Source: an uncultured delta proteobacterium
Lineage (GTDB): Bacteria; Desulfobacterota; Binatia; Binatales; Binataceae
Direction of reading: 5' to 3'
NCBI GenBank assembly: GCA_963830715.1
Contig: CAWHNS010000011.1
Coordinates: 65,243-129,242 of the forward strand
DNA length: 64,000 nt
Shown here: piece by piece, positions 1-10,889 of the stretch
Numbering within the stretch: the stretch's first letter is position 1
Layout: each line of letters starts with the position of its first letter
Program-made: the position numbers and the translations under genes
Notes under the pieces: generated by a model
Database searches by the model: none
What the model saw: only the letters and a program-made list of their open reading frames with translations
Told to the model about the DNA's origin: nothing

Positions 1-1163
1 CCGCGCAGGATCACGAGGCCGCCGGTGGCCTTGAGCGGATTCGAGAGCGGGCGGACGACTTCCTGGCCCTTGCTTTCGACCGCGGCGCGCGCCTCCTCGC
101 CGATCGTTTTTCCGGTGACGGTGAGTTCGTCGGCGTGAAGCAGATTGGCCTCGAGCAGGCGGCGCGCGATCAGCGCCATCCCGCCGGCCTTGTAAACATC
201 GGTCGCCACGAACCGGCCGCCGGGCTTCAGGTCGGCCAGCAGCGGAGTGCGCGAACTGATTCGATCGAAGTCGTCGATTCCGAGCTCGACGCCGGCCTCG
301 TGAGCGACGGCCAGCAGGTGAAGCACCGCGTTGGTCGAGCCGCCGCTGGTCGCAACCGACGCGATCGCGTTCTCCAGCGAGCAGCGCGTGATTATGCGGC
401 GCGCGCGGATGTCCCTTCGCAGCAGGTCCATCACCAGGCGTCCGGCATCGAACGCAACCTCGTTCTTGCGCGGATCGGTCGCGGGCACGCTGTTGCCGGC
501 CATCGGCGATATTCCCAGTATCGCGAACGCAGTCGCCATCGTATTGGCGGTGAACTGGCCGCCGCACGCGCCCGGTCCGGGACAGGCGCGATCCTCGAGC
601 CGTTTGAGCGCCTCGAGCGACATCCGGCCGGCGGCCTCGGCGCCCACGGCCTCGAACACGTCCTGGATCGTCACGTCGTGGCCCTCGAATCTGCCGGGCT
701 GGATAGAGCCGCCGTAGAGCATCAGGGAGGGCAGGTCGAGCCGCGCCAGCGCCATCACGGTGCCCGGGATGGTCTTGTCGCATCCGGAAAGCGCGATCAC
801 GCCGTCGAACAGGTGGCCGCGTGTGACCAGCTCGATCGAATCGGCGACCACTTCGCGGCTGATGAGCGAGGCGCGCATCCCGTCGGTGCCCATCGCGATT
901 CCGTCGGAGACGGCGACGGTGTTGAATTCAATCGGGGTTCCGCCGGCGGCGCGCACGCCACGCTTCACCTGTTCGGCCAGCGCCCGCAGGTGGATGTTGC
1001 ACGGCATCACCTCGATCCAGGTATTCGCGACTCCGATCAAGGGTTTGCGAAGATCATCGTCGGTCAAGCCGATCGCCTTGAGCATCGCGCGCGCCGGCGC
1101 CCGCGAGGGTCCGTCGAGAAGCACGCTGCTATGCCGCCTCATTCCGTTGCCTTGTTCCGCCAT
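1..1163 (-). CDS. ilvD: Dihydroxy-acid dehydratase, N-terminal about 387 aa (C-terminus runs off the left edge)
   Basis: The minus frame is open to the window edge, so it is absent from the ORF track. My translation reads MAEQGNGMRRHSSVLLDGPSRAPARAMLKAIGL...VIALSGCDKTIPG...ACPGPGACGGQFTANT, which carries the IlvD/Edd signatures. An AAGGA SD lies about 9 nt upstream of ATG 1163; ATG 1142 is an alternative start. Confidence 0.9.
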   Translation of the reverse strand, partial: MAEQGNGMRRHSSVLLDGPSRAPARAMLKAIGLTDDDLRKPLIGVANTWIEVMPCNIHLRALAEQVKRGVRAAGGTPIEFNTVAVSDGIAMGTDGMRASLISREVVADSIELVTRGHLFDGVIALSGCDKTIPGTVMALARLDLPSLMLYGGSIQPGRFEGHDVTIQDVFEAVGAEAAGRMSLEALKRLEDRACPGPGACGGQFTANTMATAFAILGISPMAGNSVPATDPRKNEVAFDAGRLVMDLLRRDIRARRIITRCSLENAIASVATSGGSTNAVLHLLAVAHEAGVELGIDDFDRISSRTPLLADLKPGGRFVATDVYKAGGMALIARRLLEANLLHADELTVTGKTIGEEARAAVESKGQEVVRPLSNPLKATGGLVILR

Positions 1164-1262
1164 TTTGCTGGTCCTTGTGAAATCGCCGCCTGAAGCCGCG
1201 GCGCCCTCATCCTCCTTTTCTGACACACTTCGCGCTGCGATCGAAACCCCGCGAATTCGAGG

Positions 1263-1670
1263 CTACGATACCCGCGCACGGCCGGGCCGCCGCGGCGGGG
1301 CGAGAACGAAGGTGAGCGCGACCGCGGCGCCGAATGCAAGATAGCACGCAGTGAAGATCCAGGATGGGGCGCTGTAGAAAATCAATTCGTGGGCCCAGTA
1401 CCCTATGAAGTCGCCAGCATAGCCGGATTCGCCGCCTCTTCTGCGGAGCGCGTCTTCGAGCGCGGTCAGCGGACAGATCGTGCCGGCCAGCGCCTCGATG
1501 CAAACCAGGGCGATCGCCGCAAGGTGGGCCGAGCGAAAGATGAAGTTGCGCACCCAGTCGCGGCGCATCGCGATTCCGGCCACGATCGCGCCGAAGCCGA
1601 CCACGACGAAGCCGACATAAGCCGCGTGAAACATGACGACGAGATCGGCGAGCAGGCGATACTGAGCCAT
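1263..1670 (-). CDS. Small polytopic membrane protein (DUF2784-like, CPLT motif)
   Basis: Track ORF of 135 aa with about 4 hydrophobic helices and a GTICPLTALEDALRRR motif that I recall from the DUF2784 family. The opposite-strand ORFs here look like GC-shadow frames. Confidence 0.6.
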   Translation of the reverse strand: MAQYRLLADLVVMFHAAYVGFVVVGFGAIVAGIAMRRDWVRNFIFRSAHLAAIALVCIEALAGTICPLTALEDALRRRGGESGYAGDFIGYWAHELIFYSAPSWIFTACYLAFGAAVALTFVLAPPRRPGRARVS

Positions 1671-1708
1671 CGATCAAGCGTCGCGCGCCAGCGCAGACGC
1701 CGTCAATC

Positions 1709-3355
1709 CTAATCGCCCAGGATATCGGGTCCGAACTCGGCGATTGTCAGCCTACGCCATTCCTCTCGCAGGCTAACATCGACGTAGTCAATGTCGCTGC
1801 GATCATCCGTACCGGGTCTCACGCGCGTCCCCGCCTGGGCACCCTCGTTGACAGCCACCTCTTCGAGGTCTTGAGTCCCGAACACCGTCGAGGCGTTCTG
1901 ACCAGAGTCGCGAAGTCCCTCTCCCGCCACCACGACCGCATTGACGAGTAGCGGTTCCCCGGCGGAAAGGAACCGCCGTTCCTGTCCATAGTCCTGTCGT
2001 CCGACGAACACCGCCACGTCCGGGAACGCGGCGTGAAGGGCTGCCACCGTACCCCGCAGGGCGGGCGACGTGGCGCTGGCGTTAGTGATCGTGTTGATCA
2101 CTAATCGTCCATTCTCGCGCAGATGAGATCTCATCTCCTTGAAGGCTTCGACCGTGAGGAGGTACCAAGGCAGGTTCTCCCCCGCGAAGACATCGAGGAA
2201 TATGAGGTCGTATTTTGCCTTGTCCGCCCGGAGGAACGATCTGGCATCCGCGATTCGAACATCGACCTCCGGCGGCAAGTCGAAGAACTTCCTGGCCGCG
2301 TACGCCACACGCTTGTCGATATCAACGGCTGTCACGCGCACGCCCCGCGCATGCAGCGCTCTCGCGAGCAAACCGGCGCCCAGGCCAAGAATCAGACTAT
2401 CTCTTGCATCGGGCTTGTAGAATTGTCCCGCGCGATCCATCTGGCGTATGTAGTCCGTGTAAGGCTCGTGTGTGTCGAGCGAGATACCGCCCTGCAGGGA
2501 GCCGTTGATCAGGAGCGCGCGGCGGACGGGATGGTAAGCCGGAGCGTCAATCACGCGTATCAGCCCGACCTCGCTCTGTCGGCTGTAGAGCAGCCTGACC
2601 GGCGCGCCGGTGGGACTTCGCACGATATCGGACGACGGGGGAACTCCCATCGCGAGTCCGGCCAGCAAGGCCCCGATACACAACGCCGCCGGGGCTGGGC
2701 TGCGCCGCCAGATTGACCACACGACGCCGAGCAAAGCCAGAACCACCCCCGTGCCGACGATGCATAACCGTACCGAAAGGTAGGGAATCACTACGAAGAC
2801 GGCGATCCATCCGCCCGCCAGTCCTCCGATCGTGCTGATGAAGAAAAGCGATCCCGCCGCAGAACCGGCGCCCGGTCTCGACTGGTCGATGTAACTTACG
2901 AGGAGCGGGCTCGCCGCCCCGACGCAAAGGAGCGGAAGGCCGAACAGAACGACGGCGCTCAGGAAGCTGCCCGAACTTACCCCCATGATCGTCGATGCTA
3001 TCCCGAGCACCGGCGATCGCAGTGCCGGGTAAAGCGCCAGCCACAATGCAGCGGTGAACATCAGGATGGGCAGATGCCACGCGCGTAGACCGCGGCTGAT
3101 TCGGCCCCCGAGTTCGTAGCCCAACGCAAGGAACAAAAGCGTGGCCGTGATCTGTGCGGTCCAGACCATCAGCGAACTTCCGAAGAAAGGCGCAAGCGCG
3201 CGAGCGCCCACGACTTCCACCAACAGTCCCGCTATCCCGGTGAGGAAGGCGGTCGCGAAAGAACCGGCAAGCCGGAAGTCTTTGCGCGTCACCGGCGCGG
3301 GAGCAATTGCGAGGCGATTCGACTTCTTGGCCATGCTTTGAGCCTGTAGCCTCAA
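1709..3355 (-). CDS. Fused MFS-like membrane domain / spermidine synthase-like (class I SAM-fold aminopropyltransferase family) protein
   Basis: 548 aa. The N-terminal half has about 8 TM helices. The C-terminal half reads LILGLGAGLLARAL...VTAVDIDKRV...YDLIFLDVF, the spermidine-synthase/MTase fold motifs. Confidence 0.8.
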   Translation of the reverse strand: MRLQAQSMAKKSNRLAIAPAPVTRKDFRLAGSFATAFLTGIAGLLVEVVGARALAPFFGSSLMVWTAQITATLLFLALGYELGGRISRGLRAWHLPILMFTAALWLALYPALRSPVLGIASTIMGVSSGSFLSAVVLFGLPLLCVGAASPLLVSYIDQSRPGAGSAAGSLFFISTIGGLAGGWIAVFVVIPYLSVRLCIVGTGVVLALLGVVWSIWRRSPAPAALCIGALLAGLAMGVPPSSDIVRSPTGAPVRLLYSRQSEVGLIRVIDAPAYHPVRRALLINGSLQGGISLDTHEPYTDYIRQMDRAGQFYKPDARDSLILGLGAGLLARALHARGVRVTAVDIDKRVAYAARKFFDLPPEVDVRIADARSFLRADKAKYDLIFLDVFAGENLPWYLLTVEAFKEMRSHLRENGRLVINTITNASATSPALRGTVAALHAAFPDVAVFVGRQDYGQERRFLSAGEPLLVNAVVVAGEGLRDSGQNASTVFGTQDLEEVAVNEGAQAGTRVRPGTDDRSDIDYVDVSLREEWRRLTIAEFGPDILGD

Positions 3356-3593
3356 GCCACTGCACGATGGTTTTGCAGCAAATCCCGGATTACTTCAAGG
3401 CAATCGCTCCGCGAGGTTCTATTGGGCAACCATCATCCCGTCGAAGCGCGGCCCGCCGATGGCGGCTCATCGCATTCGCAGGTCCATTGCTTTATTGCAT
3501 TGTTCGATCTTCAGGCGCATCCTGTTCGGGTTGCCACGCCGCCGTTCGCCTACCATTCGGGCGGGGCGATGAACCTGCGCTGGAACTTAAAAA

Positions 3594-4382
3594 ATGACAA
3601 AAGCAGCGGTTCTCCTGTTCGCGGTGATTTTGCTGACGGCCGGGGCGCGCCTCGCGAACGCCGACCCCGACCCGTCGCAGGATCAGGACTGGACGGTCGA
3701 TGGCTTTAGATATTTCGGCAAGGGGCTGGTTACGCCGATGCTCCTGGAAACCTACGTCGCCAAGGGCCATCAGGCGCTCGATGACGGCACCGTAGCGAGC
3801 GACAAACTGCTGCGCACCTCGTTGCGCATGTTCTACGGCCTGACGGACAACGCCAACCTCTTTCTGCAGCTCAACACGGCTCATCCGAACGGACAGTCCT
3901 ATGAAGTGGAAGGCTTCGAAGGCGGTTTCCATTTGAAATTCTACGAGGGACATGGCCTCCACCTCGGGCTGGCATTGGAGAACGAATGGCAGCGCGCGCC
4001 GAAGTATGTGGATGTCGCCTACGACATGGACTTTCATCCACTCATCCAGCAGGACGTTGGGCCGCTCAGCTTCCTGTTGAATCCGATTTTCGAGAAGGAC
4101 TTCATCGGCGCGGGATGTTGGGAGGGCAGCTATAGCTTCCAGTCACTCTACAACTGGTCGAAGGATTACTCGGCGGGATTGGAGTTCTATGGTGATCTCG
4201 GAGAGTTCAAAGACATGGGACAGTTGCATGAACAAGGTCACTACGTCATGCCGGTGGTGAACCTGAAGTACCTCTCGATAGGCCCGGGCATGGGGCTTAC
4301 GGCGGGCTCGGATCGGGTCGTGTTGAAGGTGAATGTGAGTTATCCTTTCGACCTGAATCAAATGTTGCTGCCGTATTTGTGA
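3594..4382 (+). CDS. Secreted hypothetical protein, possibly an outer-membrane beta-barrel
   Basis: 262 aa with a signal peptide (MTKAAVLLFAVILLTAGARLANA|D). Alternating hydrophobic/polar stretches and an aromatic C-terminus (LLPYL). Followed by a hairpin terminator. Confidence 0.55.
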   Translation: MTKAAVLLFAVILLTAGARLANADPDPSQDQDWTVDGFRYFGKGLVTPMLLETYVAKGHQALDDGTVASDKLLRTSLRMFYGLTDNANLFLQLNTAHPNGQSYEVEGFEGGFHLKFYEGHGLHLGLALENEWQRAPKYVDVAYDMDFHPLIQQDVGPLSFLLNPIFEKDFIGAGCWEGSYSFQSLYNWSKDYSAGLEFYGDLGEFKDMGQLHEQGHYVMPVVNLKYLSIGPGMGLTAGSDRVVLKVNVSYPFDLNQMLLPYL

Positions 4383-4436
4383 GACGGTGTGCCGCTGAAC
4401 GTTGAAATTCGAGCGGGTAGCCGCCTTTGAAAAATG

Positions 4437-4468
4437 AAGGGGCGAGCCATCCGGGCGCGCCCCTTTTC
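4437..4468 (+). terminator. Rho-independent terminator-like hairpin after the 3594..4382 CDS
   Basis: aaggggcg (4437-4444) pairs with cgcccctt (4458-4465) and is followed by a T run (cccctttt). Confidence 0.5.
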
Positions 4469-4764
4469 AAGGCCATCTGACTGCTCTGTGCGTTGGAAGC
4501 GCGCCTCGATCTGTTCAGACCATGCGCGCCGCCGATCTACCGGAACGGTTAGCCTCTATCCCAAAGCCGTTATTGGTCCCCCATTGATCTCAAAGGTAAT
4601 ATCCTCTAATTCAATAGAACGAAGCTTTTCGAGTCGATCCCGGCTGGCCTGGAGTTTGCGTTCGCATCCCGATCGAGTGTGCCTCGTTGCGGTTTGGTTG
4701 CGCGCACGAATACTTGGACTGTCAACTGACGCTTTCGATCGAGCTATCCTGGAGGTGAGTCACG

Positions 4765-5028
4765 ATGAAGAAACTATTGCTAGCCACAGTCGCCGCCAGC
4801 CTGTTGGTTCCCGCTTCGCTCGTGGTTGCATACGATTTCGCGAAACATCCGCATCTCAGAGCGGCGGACACGAGCATCAACCAGGCTATCGAGGAGCTAA
4901 AGCGGGCGGACGATGGAGCGAAGAAGTATGGTGGCCATCGCGATAAGGCCGAGCAGATGCTCCACGAGGCATTGAGGCAGATCAATGAGGCGGCCGGCTA
5001 TGCCGATGCGCATCCTGGGCCTAAGTAA
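4765..5028 (+). CDS. Small secreted hypothetical protein (87 aa)
   Basis: A GGAGGTGAG SD precedes the ATG. Signal peptide MKKLLLATVAASLLVPASLVVA, then a helical charged C-terminal part. Confidence 0.5.
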   Translation: MKKLLLATVAASLLVPASLVVAYDFAKHPHLRAADTSINQAIEELKRADDGAKKYGGHRDKAEQMLHEALRQINEAAGYADAHPGPK

Positions 5029-5089
5029 TTAAGTCGAGCTGACCTGACGCGAATCAACATTGGGATCGGCAGGCTCGAAGACCGGTCCT

Positions 5090-6488
5090 TCACCGATCCG
5101 ACTTCGATTCGGACCCAAATGCCGTCGGGCGCGGGCCCGCGCTCACGACCGGCGTCAGCGGCGGGCATTTGTGGGTGTTCAAAATCAGCGGCGGCAAGGG
5201 ATGCTGATTGAAGTCGAAACTGTCCATCAAGTCGTTGGCGGCCGAGTCGCGATCGGTCAGAGGCTTGAGCCCGAAGCGCAGCTCGATGAACTTGAGGACT
5301 GAGGACAACTCGTAGGTTGTGTGGCTTATGAAGCCCGCCTTGGCGAACGGGGAAATAATTATCAGCGGAACGCGCGGCCCAAATCCGAATTGATCGCTGT
5401 GAGGCGGCGCGACGTGATCGTAGAAGCCGCCGAAGTCGTCCCAAGTGAGAAAAATCACCGTCGAGCCCCAGGCAGGACTGCGCATGATCGCGTTGATCTG
5501 ATTCACGGTCCAGTTCTCACCTTCACAAACGCTGTTGGGAGGGTGGTCGCTGTCGGCGTACGGCGGCACCAGCCACGAAACCGCAGGAAGGCAACCGCCG
5601 GAAACGTCGATTGCGAATAGCCTCTGCGCGTGAACTTTCGACCATAGAGAGCCCCTCGCGGATATGCTTGATCGCATCAAGCGCCGACCAGATATGACCC
5701 GGGTCCCATTTGGGCGGAGCGTAATAGGCCCAACTGACGCCGGCCGACTCCAACTCGTCGGCAGTCGTCTGAAAATCGAAACATGGGAACTGCTCCGTGA
5801 TGTTGCCCAGGCTGTCGATCACCTGGACCCTGTCGTCGGCATCCTCGTCGCACCCCCATTCCAAATAAGAACCGGGGCCAGTTGGATTGTTGATGGCGCC
5901 TCCGGATTGAGCGCCAACCGTATAAAGATGGTTGGGGAAGCTTGGCCCATGCAGCGACGAGAACATGCGGTCGGCAAGCGTGAAGTTGCTGGCGTAAGCC
6001 CAGTAGTTGGGAATCTGCGTTTCCGAGAACCGCGTATAGCCCAGTAGCCGCCCATTCAGGTCTCCGTCCTCGACCAGGTTGAACCCGTCCATCTTGCCGT
6101 CATCGATGGCGGTCAGGGCGTCGTTCCAACTGTGGCCGAGATCGTAGGGCATGCTGTCGGAGGCCTCGGTGAGCGGGACTACCGAACCCGTCGAAATTTT
6201 GCCACTGGTGGCACCGTCCGCGCCGGGGAACCCGGCGAAGTAATTGTCGAAACTCCGATTCTCCTTGATGAAGAATACGATGTGCTGAATGTTGTTCAGT
6301 TGCGGCAGATTCGCAGGCGCCGCGGGTGTCGAAGTGGCCCCGGTACAGGCGCCTTGATCGTCACCGCCGCCGCATCCGAGGAGCAGCACTGCGGCAACGG
6401 CAACCCAGCCGAAACGCGCGAGAATAGAGCTACGCGGCTTCGCTGATTCCTTCTGCCGGCAAAAGCCGAAAATCCTGCAAAACTCCAT
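5090..6488 (-). CDS. Phosphoesterase-family lipoprotein (phospholipase C / acid phosphatase family), split by a 1-nt frameshift
   Basis: Track ORFs 5523..6647 and 5090..5680 are two halves of one protein ([19 protein letters not shown]... and ...[18 protein letters not shown]...). The frames join at [16 protein letters not shown] across a C4 run at 5652-5655. I chose ATG 6488 as the start (MEFCRIF...AAVLLLGC lipobox); the upstream gene ends at 6517. Confidence 0.8.
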
Positions 6489-6516
6489 TCCCACTCCATT
6501 GGTAAGGCCCGAAACA

Positions 6517-7743
6517 CTAAGCGGAGGCTCCGCTTTGGAGGACGCGCTCGTAGATGCCAAGAACCATGCACGCGGCGCGATCCCACGAAAACTGTGCCGC
6601 GCGCTGGAGGCCACGCGACACCATGCCCGCGCGCCTGTCGGCGTCATCGAACAGGCTCGCGATCGACGCGGCGAGAGCCTTGAAGTCTCCGGGCGCGACC
6701 ATCAAGGCGGCGTTGCCGACGACTTCGGGAATCGATCCCGCGTTCGAGGCCACCACCGGCGTCCCGCAGGCCATCGCCTCCAGCGGAGGCCAGCCGAAAC
6801 CTTCATGCCATGACGGAAACGCCAGCACGTCCGCCGCTTGATAGAAGGCCCTCAGCGCTTCGTCACTGCGCGGGCTGCCAGCCTGGATAACGCGTCCGGT
6901 CAGGTTGAGTTCCGCCATCAGGCTGGCTTCATCGTCGAAGAAGCCCTCGCCGACGTGAACGAGCCAGACCGGCCCGGCGGGTTGGTCGTTGAGGATACGC
7001 AAGGCGCGCAGAATCGCCGGGACATTCTTGTAGCGTTTTTTTCGTCCGCAGACGCTGAGGACGACTCTCGCCGCTTCGGGAATTTCAAGACTGCGCCTGA
7101 GGCCCGCGATCGCATCCGGATCGTTGCCGGGGCGAAACGCGGGCGACAGGCCCGGATGAACCACGACGGTGCGCTCGGCAACTCGCGGCAGAAACGTACA
7201 CAGGTCGCGCCTGGTCAACTCGGAGTCGGCGATCACGCAAGCGGCGCGCGCCATCACACGCATCCTGAGCATAAAGGTCAGCGAGACCCGCTTTTTGGAA
7301 GTTCGCGGAATAAGTCCGCGCATGCTCAGCAGCGGGATTACGTCGTGGCAAGTGACGATAGTTTTGCGCGCGCCCAGCGCCATCACGAGCTGCGAGTATC
7401 CATGGGTCAGGATGTGGAACAGATCCGCGTCGAGCCGTGCGGCGCGCATCGGATAGTGGAGATAGCGGGTGATGCCGCTGTCGATCCATGTACCTGCGCC
7501 GCCGATCAATCGCCCAACGATCTTGAGCGGCTCGATCTGATAGTCCGCGAATCGCCAGCGATCGCCCGCGTTCGCGCGCAAGGCGCTCTCCAATTCGTTC
7601 GCGTACCTGCGCATGCTGAAGCCGCCATCGCCCTCCTGCCCGCGCAGCAGCATCACCTTGGCTGGTCCCGCCCGTTCGCAGACGCGCCGGTCGGTCTGCG
7701 GTCCGGCGGAATTCAAATGTTCGCCAGCCCTGTTCGCGATCAT
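6517..7743 (-). CDS. GT4-family glycosyltransferase
   Basis: This is the C-terminal 408 aa of the 944-aa track ORF. Motif [34 protein letters not shown] (E-x7-E). ATG 7743 overlaps the upstream stop (ATGA at 7740-7743). Confidence 0.85.
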   Translation of the reverse strand: MIANRAGEHLNSAGPQTDRRVCERAGPAKVMLLRGQEGDGGFSMRRYANELESALRANAGDRWRFADYQIEPLKIVGRLIGGAGTWIDSGITRYLHYPMRAARLDADLFHILTHGYSQLVMALGARKTIVTCHDVIPLLSMRGLIPRTSKKRVSLTFMLRMRVMARAACVIADSELTRRDLCTFLPRVAERTVVVHPGLSPAFRPGNDPDAIAGLRRSLEIPEAARVVLSVCGRKKRYKNVPAILRALRILNDQPAGPVWLVHVGEGFFDDEASLMAELNLTGRVIQAGSPRSDEALRAFYQAADVLAFPSWHEGFGWPPLEAMACGTPVVASNAGSIPEVVGNAALMVAPGDFKALAASIASLFDDADRRAGMVSRGLQRAAQFSWDRAACMVLGIYERVLQSGASA

Positions 7744-9351
7744 TGCCCGCGTAATCTGTGACGGGCCGCAAATCGTCCGACCAGGCCGGGAGCCGTTTTT
7801 TCGATCAAGCCAAGGACTTCGTAGTCCTCGGCGTCGAGTCCCATGGCAAGCAGCGATCCGCCGAAGGCAACGATGGAGACCGCCGACTTCGCGGCCAGCC
7901 GCGCCAATGGTGCAGTAGGGCCGAACAGATGGACGGCGCAGAGGGCTGCGATGCAAATCAGAGTGGCGATCGCTCCCTTCAAGAACCTGGGATCGTAGGG
8001 CCACAGTCGAAGCGTCCATCCCACCTGAAACAGGTAGGCGATGCTCAGGGCGCAGGCCGCGCACGCGGCCGAGAGCGCCGCACCGGTAATGCCCAGCCGC
8101 GGGATCGCGATCCAGTTGAGCGCGATATCCGCGACCAACACTATCGCGCCGATCTGCGCCGACCGCCTCTGTTGGCCGGTCATCAGCAGGATCGAGATTC
8201 CGGCGCCGGTTCCCACGTTGACAAGTTGCCCGAACGCAAGAATGACCGCCGGCATCGCGCCCGCCGCGTAGATTCGGCCGTACATCACTGTCATCAGGTC
8301 CCGGCTCGCGAAGCATATGGTCAGAAACATCGGCAGGCTCAGATACAGCGCCCACTTGGTGCTTACGCGATACAACTCCGCCAGTACCTGATTTTCCTTT
8401 CGGGCATACGCCGCCCCGATCATCGGAAACAGGATCGAGCTGAAACAGGTCAGGATAATCGTGAATAAAACCGAGCACTGGGAAGCGGCCTGATAGATCC
8501 CGACTTCCGTCGCCGATCGGAAGTGCGCGACGAGCAATCGATCCACCAGAAAGATCAACAGCGTGAAGGTGCCTATCGAGACTGCCGATACGGAAAAGCC
8601 GACCAGCGATCGGATCGGAAACGCCACCCGTGGACCGCGTTCGAAGAGACTCCGGAAAAAGCCGGTGTACATAGCGGATCGCGAGGGCGAGGGCGACTGC
8701 GAGCGAGATAGCAAGCGCAGCCAGAGCGCCGGTCAAGCCCCATCCGGCAAGGTAGAACAAAAGGAAGAGCACGACTGCGATCGCCGGCTGGACGATCGCC
8801 TCGGCGTACACGCTGTACTGCATTTTCTGGGAAATCGTGGTCGCCGTAGCCGCGACTCTGAGGCCGGCAGCGAGAAACAGCGCCGGCGCGATCATCCTGA
8901 TGACCGGTCCCAGCGCGGGCTTTGCGAAAAGCCGGGCGCCGATCCATCCGGCGCTCAGATAGAGAATCGCCGCCGCCACGGCGCCCGAAAGCATCGCGAG
9001 CGCGAAAGACAACCGCATTACGGCCCGGAACCTCTCGCGGTCATCTGCCCAATAACGCGACCCGTAGAAGAGAACTCCGGCGTCGAGCCCGAGCGGCGCG
9101 ATCAGACCTACTATCCGCAGCACCGTCCAGCCGACCGCATAGAGTCCGAAGGCTACCGGACCGAGCAGGCGCGCCAGCGCGATCTGCCCCGCTATCTGAA
9201 TGCCGCGTCCGGAAAGCCGCCCGGCCAGAGTGACCGCGGCTCCCGAGGCGAGGCCGCTCATGTCCTGTGCGCCGGCTCCGGCATCGTGACGCGCGACGCC
9301 AGCCGTCCCGACGGGCGCATCTATCGCAGCAGCCGTGCTCAGTTCAGCCAT
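7740..9351 (-). CDS. wzx: Wzx-type polysaccharide flippase (MOP superfamily), split by a 1-nt frameshift
   Basis: The N-terminal about 230 aa of track ORF 6517..9351 plus ORF 7740..8714 form one multi-TM protein. The join is ...AIRYVHRLF|RSLFERGPRVAFPIRSLVGFS at an A5 run (8656-8660). The total length is not a multiple of 3. Confidence 0.8.
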
Positions 9352-9404
9352 CCTCGATCCGCATAAATTGCCGGCGGGATCGTCGCGATGCGCCGCGGTT
9401 TCAT

Positions 9405-10889
9405 TCAGCCGCCGAGCGTGAACATCACATAGCCTCCGAGCGGCATCGGCAGTTGGCGAACCTGGATTGCCCCCGGGTTCGGTCTCGAAACCGCGCCCGC
9501 AATCGAACCGCGCGGCACGGCGTTAACGCTGATGTTGGTCATGGCGTTCGAAGGCGGCGGCATCGACAGTCCCTCGATATCGATTCTGGTGGGGCCGACG
9601 CCTTGAGGCCAGTTGGTGAGGTTGGGGATCGGCTGTTGTCGCCAGCTCAGTCTCCAGGCGATCACGTTGATCGCTCCGGACGGCTGCTGCGCCGCGAAGC
9701 ATTGCACCACCTGTTGCGGTGAGGTGCATATTAGCCTTTGGCCGTTGAACTCCGCCATTGCTTTCATCGCGATAAAGTAATGTGTGGGTGAGCCGTCTCG
9801 CCGGAACAAGGTCGGCCACCAGTACGGACCATCGTAAAATTCGGAGAGCGAAAGGAAGATCGCGTCGTCGATGCCGACTTCGTCCAGGTCGTGGGCAAAT
9901 TCGAACATCCAGGCCCCCGCCACAGGCTCAAAGTTGATATCGAGATTCGCCGCTGCGGTCATGCCGTACTCCGAGACCGATACATGCGGCGTGAGCCCGA
10001 CAGCAGCCATCTCTGACTGAAGACTCCTGAGCGATTCCTTCATCTTGTTCGCGGATGCGTCGTTGCCGTACGCATGCGTGCTTACGAAATCGAGTGGCAG
10101 ATGATCGGCAGCCGCGACCCTGACCAGTTGCGTGGCCCAATCGGCCTGTCCGCGCCATCCGAGGAACGGCCGCGCGAGCGCCGGTCCGCCCAACTTGATC
10201 GTGAACTCCGGATGCTGCTCCCGATAAGCCGCCACGACTTTGCCGATATGCCGGTACAGAATCACATATGCGTCGAATCCTTCCTGAGCAGCCGGGCCTT
10301 TCCGCGGCTTTACCGCCGCCACCCAGTTGTTGGCCGGGATGTCCATTTCATTGCCCACTTCGAGCTCAACCTTGCTGAACTTCCACTCCTGCGTCAGGTG
10401 CTTGAGAAAGGCTTGCGTGTAACGGTCATAAGTGGGCCACGACGACGGCCCGTACCTCGTTCCGTCGGGCCTGGTTGCCATCAGCGGCGCCGGAACTTTC
10501 AGGCCGATTACCACGCGCGGTATCCATCCGTTGGACTGGCAGAGCCGCAACCCATTTTCCAATATCGGCGACCACTTGAGCTGGAGCGAATCATCGGCGC
10601 CAACCGCCGCGAGGTTGTTATCGCCATTGATTATTCTCATGCGGTAAGTGTTGAGTTCGTGCAGCGCCTGAAATTCGGCCTCCGTCGGATGAGCCTCCGG
10701 GTTGGTTCCGCCCGCCACCAGGCGATGAATCAGCGCGAATTGGTCTGCCGCCCCGGCCACGCTGCCGCCGGCCCCGACTGCGGTGGCCAGTGCGACGCCG
10801 GACAGCAGGGAACGGACCGTGCGACCCCCTCGATTGCGGCCCGCACGTGATTTGGCTTCATGATTGCCGGCGCTGCCATGCACGATCAT
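9405..10889 (-). CDS. Secreted glycoside hydrolase, clan GH-A (TIM-barrel)-like
   Basis: Internal ATG at 10889 with a GAGGAG SD 10 nt upstream. Signal-like N-terminus RSLLSGVALATAVGAGGSVAGAA. Candidate acid/base motif VGNEMD and nucleophile motif VSEYG. It lies in frame with the upstream methyltransferase with no stop between them. Confidence 0.6.
   Translation of the reverse strand: MIVHGSAGNHEAKSRAGRNRGGRTVRSLLSGVALATAVGAGGSVAGAADQFALIHRLVAGGTNPEAHPTEAEFQALHELNTYRMRIINGDNNLAAVGADDSLQLKWSPILENGLRLCQSNGWIPRVVIGLKVPAPLMATRPDGTRYGPSSWPTYDRYTQAFLKHLTQEWKFSKVELEVGNEMDIPANNWVAAVKPRKGPAAQEGFDAYVILYRHIGKVVAAYREQHPEFTIKLGGPALARPFLGWRGQADWATQLVRVAAADHLPLDFVSTHAYGNDASANKMKESLRSLQSEMAAVGLTPHVSVSEYGMTAAANLDINFEPVAGAWMFEFAHDLDEVGIDDAIFLSLSEFYDGPYWWPTLFRRDGSPTHYFIAMKAMAEFNGQRLICTSPQQVVQCFAAQQPSGAINVIAWRLSWRQQPIPNLTNWPQGVGPTRIDIEGLSMPPPSNAMTNISVNAVPRGSIAGAVSRPNPGAIQVRQLPMPLGGYVMFTLGG

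Noticed and set aside
135-1193. Long ORFs antisense to recognised genes. Examples: 135..1193; 14339..15478; 24615..26072; 46826..48781; 49240..50838; 52951..54453; 27788..28948.
   Set aside because: They show Arg/Pro/Gly/Ala/His-rich composition with no motifs. Each fully overlaps a gene with clear family signatures on the other strand. This is typical of shadow ORFs in high-GC DNA.
6517-9351. The 944-aa track ORF taken as one giant fusion protein (flippase plus glycosyltransferase).
   Set aside because: Its central roughly 300 residues are R/G/P/D-rich nonsense (…GRDAGGHSCVRATCQRGNRRRNLDPADDRP…). The true flippase C-terminus is in ORF 7740..8714 in another frame. The GT4 has its own ATG (7743) overlapping the flippase stop.
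9405-10889. A twin-arginine (Tat) signal on the glycoside hydrolase.
   Set aside because: The N-region has scattered Arg (SRAGRNRGGRTVRS) but no consecutive RR in an S/T-R-R-x-F-L-K context. I treat it as a Sec-type signal or signal anchor.
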